The notes: generated from the sequence alone by a model not told the origin. A stretch of 64,000 bases of DNA from Anaerolineae bacterium (GCA_034428955.1 DAOUGZ010000024.1:5804-69803); one strand, 5' to 3'; shown: positions 9,130-19,090, counted from the first letter of the stretch. Made by a program: numbers and translations.

Positions 9130-10149
9130 ATGAAGAGAAAAAGCGCGCAACCAAGCCAACGCCACGCCCCATGCGCGTCGCGCCGGTGGCCGGCCACGAC
9201 GGATGGCGCCGGTGACCCGCCTCTGAAGGCAGGCGGGCGCGGCTGTGATGGAGCGGACAACCTGCAGCTTGTCTTCAATGCTGATGACCTGGGCCGGACG
9301 GCGGGCATCAATGTGGCCGTCATGCGCGCCCACGAGGAAGGCATACTGACCAGCGCCAGCCTGATGGTGACCGGTAGCGCCTTTGACGATGCTGTGCGGC
9401 GCGCCCGGGAGCATCCCAGTCTGGCCGTCGGCCTGCATCTGACCCTGGCCGGGGCCGCTGGTGCGTTAGCGCCGCGCCAGGCGCCGCGCTTGCTGGATGG
9501 GCAGGGGCGCCTGCCGCAGAATCCGGCCCTGGCGGGTGTCGCCTACTTTCTCAACCGGGCCGTGCGTTCCGAGTTGCGCAGTGAAATCGCCGCCCAGTTC
9601 GAGCGCTTTGCCGAGACGGGGCTCGATCCCTCCCACCTTGATGGGCACTTTCTCATGCATCTCCACCCTACCATCCTCAGCATGGCCGTGCCGCTGGCTG
9701 AGGAGTATGGGTTTCGCGGCATCCGGTTCCCACGCGACGATCTGCGCCTGATCTTGGGCCTGGACCGCAGCCGGGCAATGGTCAAGGCGGGCTGGGCGGG
9801 GGTCTATGCGCTCCTGTGCCGGCTCGCCGAGCAGCGCCTGAAGCAGAGTTCTGTCGTGTATACCGACCGTGTCTACGGGTTGTTGCAGACGGGGCACATG
9901 CATGAGCAGTTCGTGGCCGGCCTCCTGCGGCGCATCCCAGCCTGGGTTGGGTCAGCCGAAATCTACTTCCATCCCAGTATAGAGGACTCTGGCGAACCGT
10001 ACGGACCAAACCCGGGCGACCTGAAAGCGCTCCTGAGCAACCATGTTCGACAGGCCGTTACAGAACGGAGGGCCAAATTGACCAATTACGCGGCCCTGGC
10101 AGTCAACGGCCATAGGAGGATGGCGTGCCCTGGTCTCTCTTCCTCTTGA
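9130..10149 (+). CDS. hpnK: YdjC-family carbohydrate deacetylase, HpnK-like (hopanoid-biosynthesis-associated).
   Basis: LQLVFNADDLG.. YdjC signature; adjacent and translationally coupled to an HpnI-like glycosyltransferase. Start uncertain (ATG 9130 or 9097; no canonical start near the conserved core). Confidence 0.6.
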   Translation: MKRKSAQPSQRHAPCASRRWPATTDGAGDPPLKAGGRGCDGADNLQLVFNADDLGRTAGINVAVMRAHEEGILTSASLMVTGSAFDDAVRRAREHPSLAVGLHLTLAGAAGALAPRQAPRLLDGQGRLPQNPALAGVAYFLNRAVRSELRSEIAAQFERFAETGLDPSHLDGHFLMHLHPTILSMAVPLAEEYGFRGIRFPRDDLRLILGLDRSRAMVKAGWAGVYALLCRLAEQRLKQSSVVYTDRVYGLLQTGHMHEQFVAGLLRRIPAWVGSAEIYFHPSIEDSGEPYGPNPGDLKALLSNHVRQAVTERRAKLTNYAALAVNGHRRMACPGLSSS

Positions 10150-11288
10150 GCCTTACTGCGGCGAGCTGGATCTATTGGCTTGTGGCGGGTTGGTGCGCGA
10201 CCGAGTTCTTTTCCGAGCCGCAGCCTCAGGCCGATGAGGACCTCCCTCCGGTTTCCATACTGAAGCCGGTGCGTGGCCTCGATGCTGACGCCTACAAGAG
10301 CTTTAGCAGCTTTTTGACGCAGGACTATCCGGCGGACTATGAAGTCCTCTTTGGAGTTTCGGACCCGCTGGACCCGGTTCTGGACCTGGTTACCCGCTTG
10401 CAGTACGAGTTTCCCAAGCGGCAGATACGCGCCTTTGTGGCCCCGCAGCGCGGCGCCAACGACAAGGTCAGCATCCTCTGCCACCTGGCCCAGCAGGCGC
10501 AGTACGATACCTTTGTCATCTGCGATAGCGACATGCGCGTCACGCCCGACTATTTGCGGCGGGTCTGCGCCCCCCTGCGTGACCCCAACGTGGGGCTGGT
10601 GACGACCCTGTACCGGGGAGAACAGGCGGAGACGCTGGCGGCGCGCTTGGAGGCTCAGTTCATGGGGGTGACCTTTCTGCCCTCGGCGCTGGTGGGCCGG
10701 CGTTACCTGAATATGCGCTTTGCCCTTGGGGCGACAAATGTCCTGCGTCGCGAAACGCTGCGCGACATCGGCGGCTTTGAGACCATCCTCAACTACCTGG
10801 CCGACGACTATCAGCTCGGCGCGCGTGTCGCCGATACCGGCCAGCGGGTGCACCTCTCCGACTATACGGCCCAGAGCATCCTCGGCGCCACGACCTTTCG
10901 CGAGCAGTGGGGGCGCGAGGTGCGTTGGGCCAAGTGCTTGCGCGTCAGCCGCCCTATGGAGTACCCGGGCATCCTCTTTATGCTCTGCACACCACTCTCT
11001 GTGGCGACGGCGGCCACGATGGGCTTTTCACCCGTCGGGCTGGGAATCGTGGGCGCTTCGCTGACCCTGCGCTGGCTCGTTTCCTGGCATGTAGCCCGCT
11101 ACGTCCGCGACCGGCTGTTCTTCCGCTACTGGTACTGGCTGCCCCTGCGCGATTTCCTCACGGCGGCCATCTGGTTGGCCGGCGGAGTCGGCGGCCACGT
11201 CTCCTGGCGCGGGCGGCGCTTTGCCCTGCGTGAGGGCGGGCGCCTGCAGCCCCTGCAGCCGATGGTGCCCCAAGAGCCGAGCCCCTGA
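10125..11288 (+). CDS. hpnI: GT2/GT21 membrane glycosyltransferase, HpnI-like (ceramide-glucosyltransferase-like).
   Basis: GTG 10125 after AGGAGGA. Overlaps hpnK by 25 nt. DxD-type motif region (ICDSDM) and C-terminal TM helices. Confidence 0.7.
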   Translation: MPWSLFLLSLTAASWIYWLVAGWCATEFFSEPQPQADEDLPPVSILKPVRGLDADAYKSFSSFLTQDYPADYEVLFGVSDPLDPVLDLVTRLQYEFPKRQIRAFVAPQRGANDKVSILCHLAQQAQYDTFVICDSDMRVTPDYLRRVCAPLRDPNVGLVTTLYRGEQAETLAARLEAQFMGVTFLPSALVGRRYLNMRFALGATNVLRRETLRDIGGFETILNYLADDYQLGARVADTGQRVHLSDYTAQSILGATTFREQWGREVRWAKCLRVSRPMEYPGILFMLCTPLSVATAATMGFSPVGLGIVGASLTLRWLVSWHVARYVRDRLFFRYWYWLPLRDFLTAAIWLAGGVGGHVSWRGRRFALREGGRLQPLQPMVPQEPSP

Positions 11289-11370
11289 GTCCGGGCTCGG
11301 CCGCCTTTGGACATCCACCTTCCTCGTAGTATACTGCTTTCCGCACAGAAGAGAGTTGTAGGTCGGCGGA

Positions 11371-13659
11371 ATGCGGCTCGTTGCTGCGTTGCCTTGGTGT
11401 TCCTTGGTGTTTGTTGTCTTGGAGGGGGCTGGGTCAGGGATGAATACCGGCGCTTTGGCGGGTTCGGGTGTCCATGAGGATTTGGTAGAGCTGCGTCGCC
11501 CTGGCCTGACCCGGCTGTGTCTGGCCGGCCTGTTTGTAGCATGGCTGTGGATTGCCGTTGCGGCTCGCGGCATCTTTTTTGACGAGCCCCAGCAGGTGGC
11601 AACGATTCTGGCTCCCGCCTGGCTGTTCATCGGCTGTGCGGCGGGGCTCTTGCTTCGGGGCCTGCCGCTGGGCTGGCGCAGTACATTCCTGCTGACCGGG
11701 CTGGGCGGCACCTTTGTTCTGAGTTACCTGGCCTCACCGGCCCCCATGTGGCTGTACGGCCAGTCGCTGACTGCGGCTGTGGCCGGGCTGCTCGCCGGGC
11801 TCAATGCCTGCTCCGTGGTGGTTGCCCTGCTCACTCTGGCCTCCATCCTCTGCTTCTGGCGGGATCCAACGGCGGTTAGTCTCATCGATTTTGGCGCGGC
11901 TCTGAGCCTCCTCTGGGCGATGACCCTGATCTCCCGCCTCTCCTCACAGAATCTCTATACAGCCCTGGGCTGGGCGCTTCACAGCCAGGAGCGTGCCTGG
12001 CAGACGGCCAACGAGGTGAGGACGCGGCGGGCGGAACTCAGGCGCACTCTGGATTCGCTCAAGGTCACCCAGGGCATCCTGGAGCGAACCCTCAGCGAAC
12101 TCGAGGCGGCCCGTCTGGAAGCCGAAGAGGCGCGCCAGGTCAAGTCGCGCTTTGTGGCCAACATCAGCCACGAACTGCGCACGCCGCTCAACGTCATTGT
12201 CGGCTTTGCCGAGATGCTCTGCACCCTGCCGGAGACGTATGGGGATTTCCCCTGGCCGGCTGCGCTGCGGCAGGACCTCTTGTCGATCTGGCGCAATGCG
12301 GAGCATCTGCTCAGCATGGTCGATGACGTCCTGGACCTGGCCCAGATTGAGGCGGCACGGTTGCCGGTGCTGCCGGAGATGACCGATCTCGCCCAGTTGA
12401 TCCGCAACACGCTCTCCAGCACGGGTTCCCTGCTTCGCGACGCGAAACTGGAACTGCGCGTCTCACTGCCGGAGGACCTGCCGCCCATCAACGTGGACCG
12501 GGCCCGGATTCGCCAGGTGCTGCTGAACTTGCTGAGCAATGCCGTGCGCTTTACGCGTCAGGGGTATATCGAGGTCGGCGCGCACCTTGTCGACCAAGAG
12601 ATTCACCTATACGTGCGCGATTCGGGGCAGGGCATCCCGCCGGCCAAGCTGGAGACCATCTTTCAGGAATTCGAGCAGGCGGACACGTCCATTCGTCGCC
12701 CCCACCAGGGTGCAGGTCTCGGCCTCGCTATCTCCAGGCATTTTGTCCGCCTGCATGGGGGGCGCATGTGGGCGGAGAGTGAACTGGGCAAGGGGAGCAC
12801 TTTTCATTTCTCGCTGCCCCTGGCCGACAGCGCCGCGTTCCGCTCGCTGCAACCCGGCCGCGCCGTGCCTGAGTATGGCCGCCAGGTGCAGGAGGCGCGA
12901 AGCATCGTTGCTCTGTGCGCAGACCCCCTTGTAGTTCGCCTGCTGGAGCGCCACCTGGAGAATATAAAGGTCTACTGGGCGCAGACTCTATCCGCCGCGG
13001 TGGCGCTGGTTCATGACCGGCACCCCGATGCGGTTTTGGTCGCTGCCGAGTCGTCGAACGGGCTGGATGTGGCGCAGGATCAGGCGCGCGAGCTGATCGA
13101 GGCGGTGGCGCCGTTTGACCTGCCCATCCTCGCCTGCAGCTTTCCGACCGAGCGCCACGCCGGAATGGCGCTGGGCGTGTCCGAGTTTCTGCTCAAGCCG
13201 GTGACTCACAAAGAGGTGGTGGAGGCCATTCGCCGGCTCCACTCGGCGCCCCAGCGGATCCTGATCGTCGATGACGAGCCCGACATGCTGCGCCTGCTGA
13301 CCCGCATTGTCGAGCACGAGTGGACGCAGGCAGAGGTGCTCACCGCCGCATCGGGCGATGATGCTATCGCCATGCTGCCCCAGAAGCCCGACGTCATCCT
13401 CCTGGACTTGCTCATGCCCGGCACCAACGGCGTTGCTGTGCTGCGCGAGTTGCACGCCAACCCCGAGATGGCCGGTATTCCGGTGGCCGTGATCACCGCG
13501 CGGGGGCCGGCCGAGGATCTGGGCGCGGCGCAGCGTGGCGAACTGCACATTATCAAGGGCGCGGGCTTTGCGGCGGGTGAGCTGGTGCGCGTTCTGGGGT
13601 TGATGATGCGGGGCCTGCCGCCTCGCTATGCGGCCGGCCGGGCGCTACAGGGGCTCTGA
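11371..13659 (+). CDS. Hybrid sensor histidine kinase: multi-TM N-terminus, HisKA, HATPase_c, and C-terminal receiver domain(s).
   Basis: H-box SHELRTPLN; G-boxes (GTGLGLAIS); C-terminal REC with LDLLMPG. Confidence 0.8.
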   Translation: MRLVAALPWCSLVFVVLEGAGSGMNTGALAGSGVHEDLVELRRPGLTRLCLAGLFVAWLWIAVAARGIFFDEPQQVATILAPAWLFIGCAAGLLLRGLPLGWRSTFLLTGLGGTFVLSYLASPAPMWLYGQSLTAAVAGLLAGLNACSVVVALLTLASILCFWRDPTAVSLIDFGAALSLLWAMTLISRLSSQNLYTALGWALHSQERAWQTANEVRTRRAELRRTLDSLKVTQGILERTLSELEAARLEAEEARQVKSRFVANISHELRTPLNVIVGFAEMLCTLPETYGDFPWPAALRQDLLSIWRNAEHLLSMVDDVLDLAQIEAARLPVLPEMTDLAQLIRNTLSSTGSLLRDAKLELRVSLPEDLPPINVDRARIRQVLLNLLSNAVRFTRQGYIEVGAHLVDQEIHLYVRDSGQGIPPAKLETIFQEFEQADTSIRRPHQGAGLGLAISRHFVRLHGGRMWAESELGKGSTFHFSLPLADSAAFRSLQPGRAVPEYGRQVQEARSIVALCADPLVVRLLERHLENIKVYWAQTLSAAVALVHDRHPDAVLVAAESSNGLDVAQDQARELIEAVAPFDLPILACSFPTERHAGMALGVSEFLLKPVTHKEVVEAIRRLHSAPQRILIVDDEPDMLRLLTRIVEHEWTQAEVLTAASGDDAIAMLPQKPDVILLDLLMPGTNGVAVLRELHANPEMAGIPVAVITARGPAEDLGAAQRGELHIIKGAGFAAGELVRVLGLMMRGLPPRYAAGRALQGL

Positions 13660-13713
13660 CATGCAAACCTGGTCGCAAGCGGCGGGCTTGTCAGTCCGCC
13701 TCGTAGAACACAA

Positions 13714-14940
13714 CTAGCCGGCCAGGCTGGTCAGGCACTCCAAGAGCTGTGCCTGTCTGACCGGCTTGCGCAGGTAGGCATCGGCGCCCAGCGAAGTTGC
13801 GAGTTGCGGCTCGTCGAGTACAGAGCAGACGACGACCGGAATCCCGGACAACCGGGGCTCTGCCTTGAGTTGCTGTAACACCTCCCAGCCATCGATCTCC
13901 CTCATCATCACATCCAGCACCACCACATCAGGCCGAATCTCCCCGATGCGCTCAGCCGCGTGCAGTGCATCGTCGATGGCGGCGAGCCTGTAGCCGTGGC
14001 CGGCGAGGTAGCGCCGGAAGAGCGCGACCACGTCTTGATTGTCCTCGACGATGGCCACGGTTCGCTCGCGCTCGGCGGCGAGCAGGGAGAGCGCCAGTTG
14101 CCAGGTGTTGCCGGCCTGGTCGCACGTTACGTGCGCTCCCTGGGCACGGGCCAGGACCGTGATCGCCTCCGGCAGGTCGTGCGCTATTGCACCCTCGATC
14201 TCGGCGGAAAGCGTGCATACGACCTGGGCCTGCTGCCTTTCCAGGCGAACCGTCAGCGGCCTGGGGCTTTGCAGGCGGATGGCGTGGGAGAGCGCCGCCA
14301 AGAGCAGTTGGCGGAAGAGGGCGGGGTCACCGCTGATCAGGAGCGGCACGCTCGTGCGCTGTTCGATCAGGGCAGTGCCCTGCTGGGCGGCCAGCGCACG
14401 GGCAGATGTCATGGCGCGCTCGAACTGCTCGCCGGCCTCAAAAACCTGTTGCTCGACGGCGACTCGCGAGATCTCTTGCCACAGCGCATCGTTGCTCGCT
14501 GTGCCGGCGGGCTGGGTGCCCACGGCCGCTTGCTGCCTGTCCAAAAGGGCGATGGCCAGCGCGCGCAGCGCACGCCGCTGCTCGCGTTGGATCTGCCGCC
14601 GGCCGAGGCCCAGTTCCCGCTCCATCTCGGCCAGTTCCTGGCCGAGGACATAGCGGTGATGCAACACGGCATAGGGCCGCCAGGCAGCATCCGCCGGCGG
14701 CGTATCCAGGCTGGGGCGCAATTCCTCAATCAGCGCCAGGATCAGGCGGCGCAGCTTTTGCACCGCCATACGGCTGTCTGCGCCCAGCAGAGGCCGCAGG
14801 CGCTGCAAGAGCGGATGGTTGACCAGGTAGGCATAGTCGTAAAAGTGGCTCATCGCATCGCGCGTTTCGTCGAGAAAGCCGTCAGGGATAGGGTTCAAGA
14901 TTTCTGTCGTTCCTTTGTCGCAGTCGAGTCGCGAATCCAT
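13714..14940 (-). CDS. Response-regulator-type protein: N-terminal HTH-like domain, a degenerate middle domain and a C-terminal receiver domain.
   Basis: C-terminal REC (VAIVEDNQDVV..VVLDVMM..LRKP). Convergent with the hybrid histidine kinase. Confidence 0.7.
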   Translation of the reverse strand: MDSRLDCDKGTTEILNPIPDGFLDETRDAMSHFYDYAYLVNHPLLQRLRPLLGADSRMAVQKLRRLILALIEELRPSLDTPPADAAWRPYAVLHHRYVLGQELAEMERELGLGRRQIQREQRRALRALAIALLDRQQAAVGTQPAGTASNDALWQEISRVAVEQQVFEAGEQFERAMTSARALAAQQGTALIEQRTSVPLLISGDPALFRQLLLAALSHAIRLQSPRPLTVRLERQQAQVVCTLSAEIEGAIAHDLPEAITVLARAQGAHVTCDQAGNTWQLALSLLAAERERTVAIVEDNQDVVALFRRYLAGHGYRLAAIDDALHAAERIGEIRPDVVVLDVMMREIDGWEVLQQLKAEPRLSGIPVVVCSVLDEPQLATSLGADAYLRKPVRQAQLLECLTSLAG

Positions 14941-15011
14941 AGAAACCGGCGTCGCTAGACACTATAATGAATTATAGCGCATTGATGGCTGCTGGCAACG
15001 GAGGCAGTTAA

Positions 15012-15109
15012 TGCTCAACCTTGCGCAAGCTCCAAGGCGTGCCAGCTCGAGGGCAGCTTGCTCAGCCAAGATGTGCTCCGTCAGGACTCGTCTTGGAGCT
15101 CTCGCAAGG
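15012..15109 (+). promoter_or_regulatory. Conserved upstream element, copy A (~98 nt; core CCTTGCGCAAGCTCCAAGG at 15019-15037 with the 10-bp palindrome CTTGCGCAAG).
   Basis: Sequence similarity to copies at 30362-30380, 35731-35749 and 44838-44856 (minus). ~75% identity over ~90 nt with the copy upstream of the DNA methyltransferase. Confidence 0.6.
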
Positions 15110-15134
15110 ATTAAAGGAGTTAGAGGAACCACTC

Positions 15135-17462
15135 GTGGAACGCACAAAAGATGCTCTCGACCAGGTCTATACTTGCGAGGTGTTGGTGATTGGCTCTGGT
15201 GTGTCGGGCTACTGCGCCGCCATCCAGGCCGGCCGGGCAGGCTGCCGGACCATACTGCTGGAAAAGGATGCCGTCCTGGGCGGCAACTCGGGACCCGACT
15301 GTGGCGTGGGCATCACCGGCGCTGACCGCTACAACCCCTACGGCACCGAGACTGGCCTGATTCACGAGCTGCAGGAAGATGCGGCCTGGGCCATGGCCTT
15401 TACGCAGCTTCAGCCCCATGCCATGCCCTACAACATCTCGCGGCGCAATGAGGCCATCGTGCAGCAAAGGCTCGAGGAAGCGGGCGTGCGCGTGCTCAAG
15501 CGCCATTACGCGCGCCGACCCGTGCTGGGCGCGGATGGACGGATTACGGCCGTCATCGTCGAGGACCTGGCGGCTTTCCAGACGGTGCGCATCGACGTGG
15601 AGAGGGTGGTCATCGAGGCTTCCGGCGACGGCGAGATTGGCTTGCTGGCCGGCGCGGACTATGACCAGGGCTCTGAGGCGCAGAGTGAGTACGGCGAGCG
15701 CTCGGCCCTGCCCACGCGCTCCAGTTGGGTGCAGGGCACGAGCCTGGTGGCCATCGCGCAAAAGACCGATCACGAGGTCGTTTTTATCCCGCCGGCGGAC
15801 CTGCCGCCGTTCCAGCCTCGCGTCTGGCAGGGACAGATCGGCTCGCTTGTGCACCATCATGACGGCTGGTTCAAGGGCCCCGAGGGGATTCGCTTCCTCT
15901 ACGTCACCGAAGCCGGCGGCAACATGGATACCGTGCGCCAGGACGGCGAGGTTTACGAACTGCTGCTCAAGCAACTCTGGGCAGAGTGGGACCATATCAA
16001 GAACGGCCCTCACCGCGAGGAGGCGCACAATTGGGACCTGCTCTGGGTCAGCCCCAAGGCGGGCAAGCGCGAGAGCCGCCGCCTGCTGGGCGATGTGGTA
16101 CTGACCCAGACCGACCTCGAAGAAGGGCGTCTGTTCCCCGATGATATCGCCTATGGCGGCCACGATCTGGACGACCACCGCCCACTGGGCTCGGGCGGCA
16201 ACATCTTTGCCCACAGCGTGCCGCCGATGTACGGCATTCCCTACCGTGCTTGCTACTCGCGCAACGTGCCCAATCTGCTCCTGGCAGGGCGTCTGATCTC
16301 GGCGACCCATCTGGCCCACTCTTCCACGCGCCTTATGCGCACCGGCGGCGCCATCGGCCAGGCGGTGGGGCTGGCGGCGGCGCTCTGCTGCCGATACGGG
16401 TGCACGCCGCGCCAGGTGTACGAGGCGCATCTGGACGAGCTACAGCGCGAATTGCTCCTGGCCGACGGCACCATCCTGGCGCGCCCGCTGCCCGCCGAGG
16501 GCGACATGGCGCGCTCGGCGGCCGTGACAGCCACTAGCGAGCTGCGCTACAACGACCAGGAGCCGGGCGAGTTCGTCCCCTTGATTACCCAGGCCGGCGT
16601 GGTGCTCTGGGACTGGCCGGCCGTGCTCGAGTCTGTAGAGGTGTGCCTGCGCAATGATACGGCCGAGCCGCAGCCGCTCGTGCTGACGGTGTATCGCGCC
16701 CGGCGCGAACGCAAGTGGAAGAGCATGGACGAGTACGAGGCTCACGCCCGCGACGACCTGCGCGATACGGCCTTTGCGGAGCTGGGGCGCGTTTCGGTTA
16801 CGGTGCCGGCCGGGCACTGCGGTTGGCTGCCCATTGCATTCGCAGAGCCGATGGAGCTGGGCGAGAAAGACTGCGTTAGCGACGACGACCGGGTGATCAT
16901 CGCCCTGGGCGAGAATCAGGCCCTGCAATGGGCGCTGGCCGGCAGGCCGCTGGCCATCGCCGAGATGGTGGAGCACGCCCACTTTAGCCCGTGCTGGCGG
17001 CGCCTGGGCGTCATGGCCACCCTGCGTATGGCGCCCGCTCCGCCGTTGGGCGAGGCGACCAATGCCGTCGACGGTTACCACCGCCGGTTCTCCAGTGGGC
17101 CTACCCACATGTGGATGTCCGACCCGGCCCAGGGCCTGCCGCAGGACCTGCTGCTCACCTGGCCCGAGCCGGTTACCGTTAGCGAGGTCTGTGTGACCTT
17201 TGATAACCTCTGCCGCCTGCGTCACGAGAACCCGTGGGAGAACGCCACCCGTGTGGCGCCCCATCTGGTGCGGGCCTACGAACTGGCCTACTGGCAGGGC
17301 GACGGCTGGCAAGAGCTGGCCCAAGTAGAGGACAACTACCATCGCTTCCGCCAACACCGCTTTGCGCCGATCACGACCGACCGCATCCGGCTACGGGTTG
17401 TGGCCGTGTATGGGGGCCAGGCCCAGGCACGTGTCTATCAGGTGCGTGTGGGTAGACGCTAG
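15135..17462 (+). CDS. FAD-dependent oxidoreductase (GIDA/FAD_oxidored-type Rossmann N-terminus) with a C-terminal discoidin/F5-8-like domain.
   Basis: VLVIGSGVSGYCAAIQAG dinucleotide-binding motif. Start uncertain (GTG 15135, or TTG 15021 lying inside the conserved element). Confidence 0.7.
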   Translation: MERTKDALDQVYTCEVLVIGSGVSGYCAAIQAGRAGCRTILLEKDAVLGGNSGPDCGVGITGADRYNPYGTETGLIHELQEDAAWAMAFTQLQPHAMPYNISRRNEAIVQQRLEEAGVRVLKRHYARRPVLGADGRITAVIVEDLAAFQTVRIDVERVVIEASGDGEIGLLAGADYDQGSEAQSEYGERSALPTRSSWVQGTSLVAIAQKTDHEVVFIPPADLPPFQPRVWQGQIGSLVHHHDGWFKGPEGIRFLYVTEAGGNMDTVRQDGEVYELLLKQLWAEWDHIKNGPHREEAHNWDLLWVSPKAGKRESRRLLGDVVLTQTDLEEGRLFPDDIAYGGHDLDDHRPLGSGGNIFAHSVPPMYGIPYRACYSRNVPNLLLAGRLISATHLAHSSTRLMRTGGAIGQAVGLAAALCCRYGCTPRQVYEAHLDELQRELLLADGTILARPLPAEGDMARSAAVTATSELRYNDQEPGEFVPLITQAGVVLWDWPAVLESVEVCLRNDTAEPQPLVLTVYRARRERKWKSMDEYEAHARDDLRDTAFAELGRVSVTVPAGHCGWLPIAFAEPMELGEKDCVSDDDRVIIALGENQALQWALAGRPLAIAEMVEHAHFSPCWRRLGVMATLRMAPAPPLGEATNAVDGYHRRFSSGPTHMWMSDPAQGLPQDLLLTWPEPVTVSEVCVTFDNLCRLRHENPWENATRVAPHLVRAYELAYWQGDGWQELAQVEDNYHRFRQHRFAPITTDRIRLRVVAVYGGQAQARVYQVRVGRR

Positions 17463-17492
17463 AGAGCCCATCCGATTGAAAATCGGGGCTCT
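17463..17492 (+). terminator. Hairpin terminator (agagccc-atccgattgaaaatcgg-ggctct).
   Basis: Inverted repeat directly after the stop at 17462. Confidence 0.5.
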
Positions 17493-17681
17493 GGGAGCCT
17501 GCGCCGACGGGGCCGTGGCGGCCAGCGCCACAGCGCCCCCAGGAGCGACTTCAAGTCGTCGGCTCGGAAGTGACCATATCGTATGGGCCGGCCAGCGGCA
17601 AGATCAATGAGTGTTTCAGGATGGCGAGGTCTGGCTGGCAGCCTCGCCGAGAGAGTAGGATTGTTCACAGGGAGGTACGAC

Positions 17682-19073
17682 ATGAGTCTTGATCGTTCCA
17701 TCAGCCGTCGTGACTTTTTGCGGGCTGCGGCAGCCGTGGGGGCGAGCATCGTCGCCGCCGCATGTGCGCCTCAGGCGACACCTGCGCCGCAGTCCCAGCC
17801 GACCAGCGCGTCGGGGCAGGCGACCGAGCCAACTGCTGCCGCGGCTCCGGCGCCCGCAGAGGCTACGACCATCTCCTACTGGCACATCTGGGGTGGCGAC
17901 CGTGTTGACCAGTTGCAGCAGGTGCTCGACCAGTTCATGGTCGAGAATCCGGCCATCAAGGTTGAGCCGCTTCTGTTGCCCAACCCGGGCTACGCCGACA
18001 AGATCATCACCGCCCTGGCCGGCGATGCCCCCGACCTGACCATGGTCTACACCGACGAGTTTGCTCCCTCGGCCCGGCGGAACGCTCTGCTTGCCGTGGA
18101 CGAGCGCATGGACAAGGACGGCCTGAGCCAGGACGTGTGGTACCCCGGCGTGTGGGCCATGAGCCAGTGGCAGGGCAAGACCTTTGGCCTGCCCTTTGTC
18201 GGCAACTTTTTGCAGATGCTCTACTGGAACACCGATGACCTCGAAGCGGCCGGCCTTGATGCCGAGAAGGGCCCCGAGACCTGGGCCGAGTTGACCGAGT
18301 TGGCGTCCAAGCTGACCGAAACCAACGACGACGGCACGATCAAGCGCCTGGGCTACCAGCCGATGGGCATGGGCGATTGGGTCCAGGCGGCCTACCACAA
18401 TGGCCTGAACCTCCTCGGCGACGGCACGCCCGAGACGATTGCCATCAACGATGCCAAGTCGGTGGAGGCGTTGCAGGCCGTTGTCGAATGGTACGACGTC
18501 CAGGGCGGCTATGATGCCGTCGGTGCAGCGCTCACAGGCTGGGGCAACCAGCAATTGGGCAACCCGATGATCGCCGGTGTCACCTCCTGCATCCGCTCGG
18601 GGGTGTTCACGGTCAACGTCATCAACCAGCAAAAGCCTGACCTGCCCTACAGGATCGGCAAGGTTCCCTACGGGCCGCAGGGCGAGTTTGTTGACCTCAT
18701 CGAGGCGGCCTGGTGCAACTGCATCCCGGCCAAGGCCAAGCACCCCGACCAGGCATGGGAACTGGCCAAGTACCTCTCGGCGGGCGACGGCCACCTCAAG
18801 TTCATGGTCGATATGCAGAGCCGGCCGGCGATGGTCAAGGAGTACAACGAGGCTCCCTACGATGAAGCCGCCCGCGCGGGCAACCCCTACTGGGACATCG
18901 TCTTGGAGATCCTCAACGGCAAGCAGGTTAGCTACCCGGTCAGCGACAAACTCACGCCCTACGTCAAGCTGATGACCGAGGCCTTTGACTCGGTGATGCT
19001 GCAGCAGCGCACCCCTGAAGAGGCCGCCAACTGGGCCCAAGAGGAGGTCGTCAAGGCCTTCCAGGAGGCATAG
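17682..19073 (+). CDS. Sugar ABC-transporter substrate-binding lipoprotein (family 1), Tat signal.
   Basis: ATG 17682 after GGGAGG. SRRDFLRAAAAVGASIVAAAC (twin-Arg motif plus lipobox). Confidence 0.85.
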   Translation: MSLDRSISRRDFLRAAAAVGASIVAAACAPQATPAPQSQPTSASGQATEPTAAAAPAPAEATTISYWHIWGGDRVDQLQQVLDQFMVENPAIKVEPLLLPNPGYADKIITALAGDAPDLTMVYTDEFAPSARRNALLAVDERMDKDGLSQDVWYPGVWAMSQWQGKTFGLPFVGNFLQMLYWNTDDLEAAGLDAEKGPETWAELTELASKLTETNDDGTIKRLGYQPMGMGDWVQAAYHNGLNLLGDGTPETIAINDAKSVEALQAVVEWYDVQGGYDAVGAALTGWGNQQLGNPMIAGVTSCIRSGVFTVNVINQQKPDLPYRIGKVPYGPQGEFVDLIEAAWCNCIPAKAKHPDQAWELAKYLSAGDGHLKFMVDMQSRPAMVKEYNEAPYDEAARAGNPYWDIVLEILNGKQVSYPVSDKLTPYVKLMTEAFDSVMLQQRTPEEAANWAQEEVVKAFQEA

Positions 19074-19090
19074 GAGACTATCGGAAGTAA

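Noticed and set aside
8568-9438. ORFs 8568..9215 (+) and 8770..9438 (-) in the intergenic/5' region of hpnK.
   Set aside because: No RBS; compositionally biased translations; they overlap the divergent promoter region.
13660-13713. Possible terminator between the convergent hybrid-kinase and response-regulator genes.
   Set aside because: Only short, imperfect inverted repeats; no convincing stem followed by a T-run.
15120-16430. Long antisense ORFs: 15120..16430 (-), 17616..19427 (-), 22007..24439 (-), 38369..40636 (+), 40791..42926 (+), 49632..51278 (+) and many others.
   Set aside because: Typical of high-GC DNA: they overlap genes with clear homology on the opposite strand, have Arg/Ala/Gly/Pro-rich low-complexity translations and lack RBSs.
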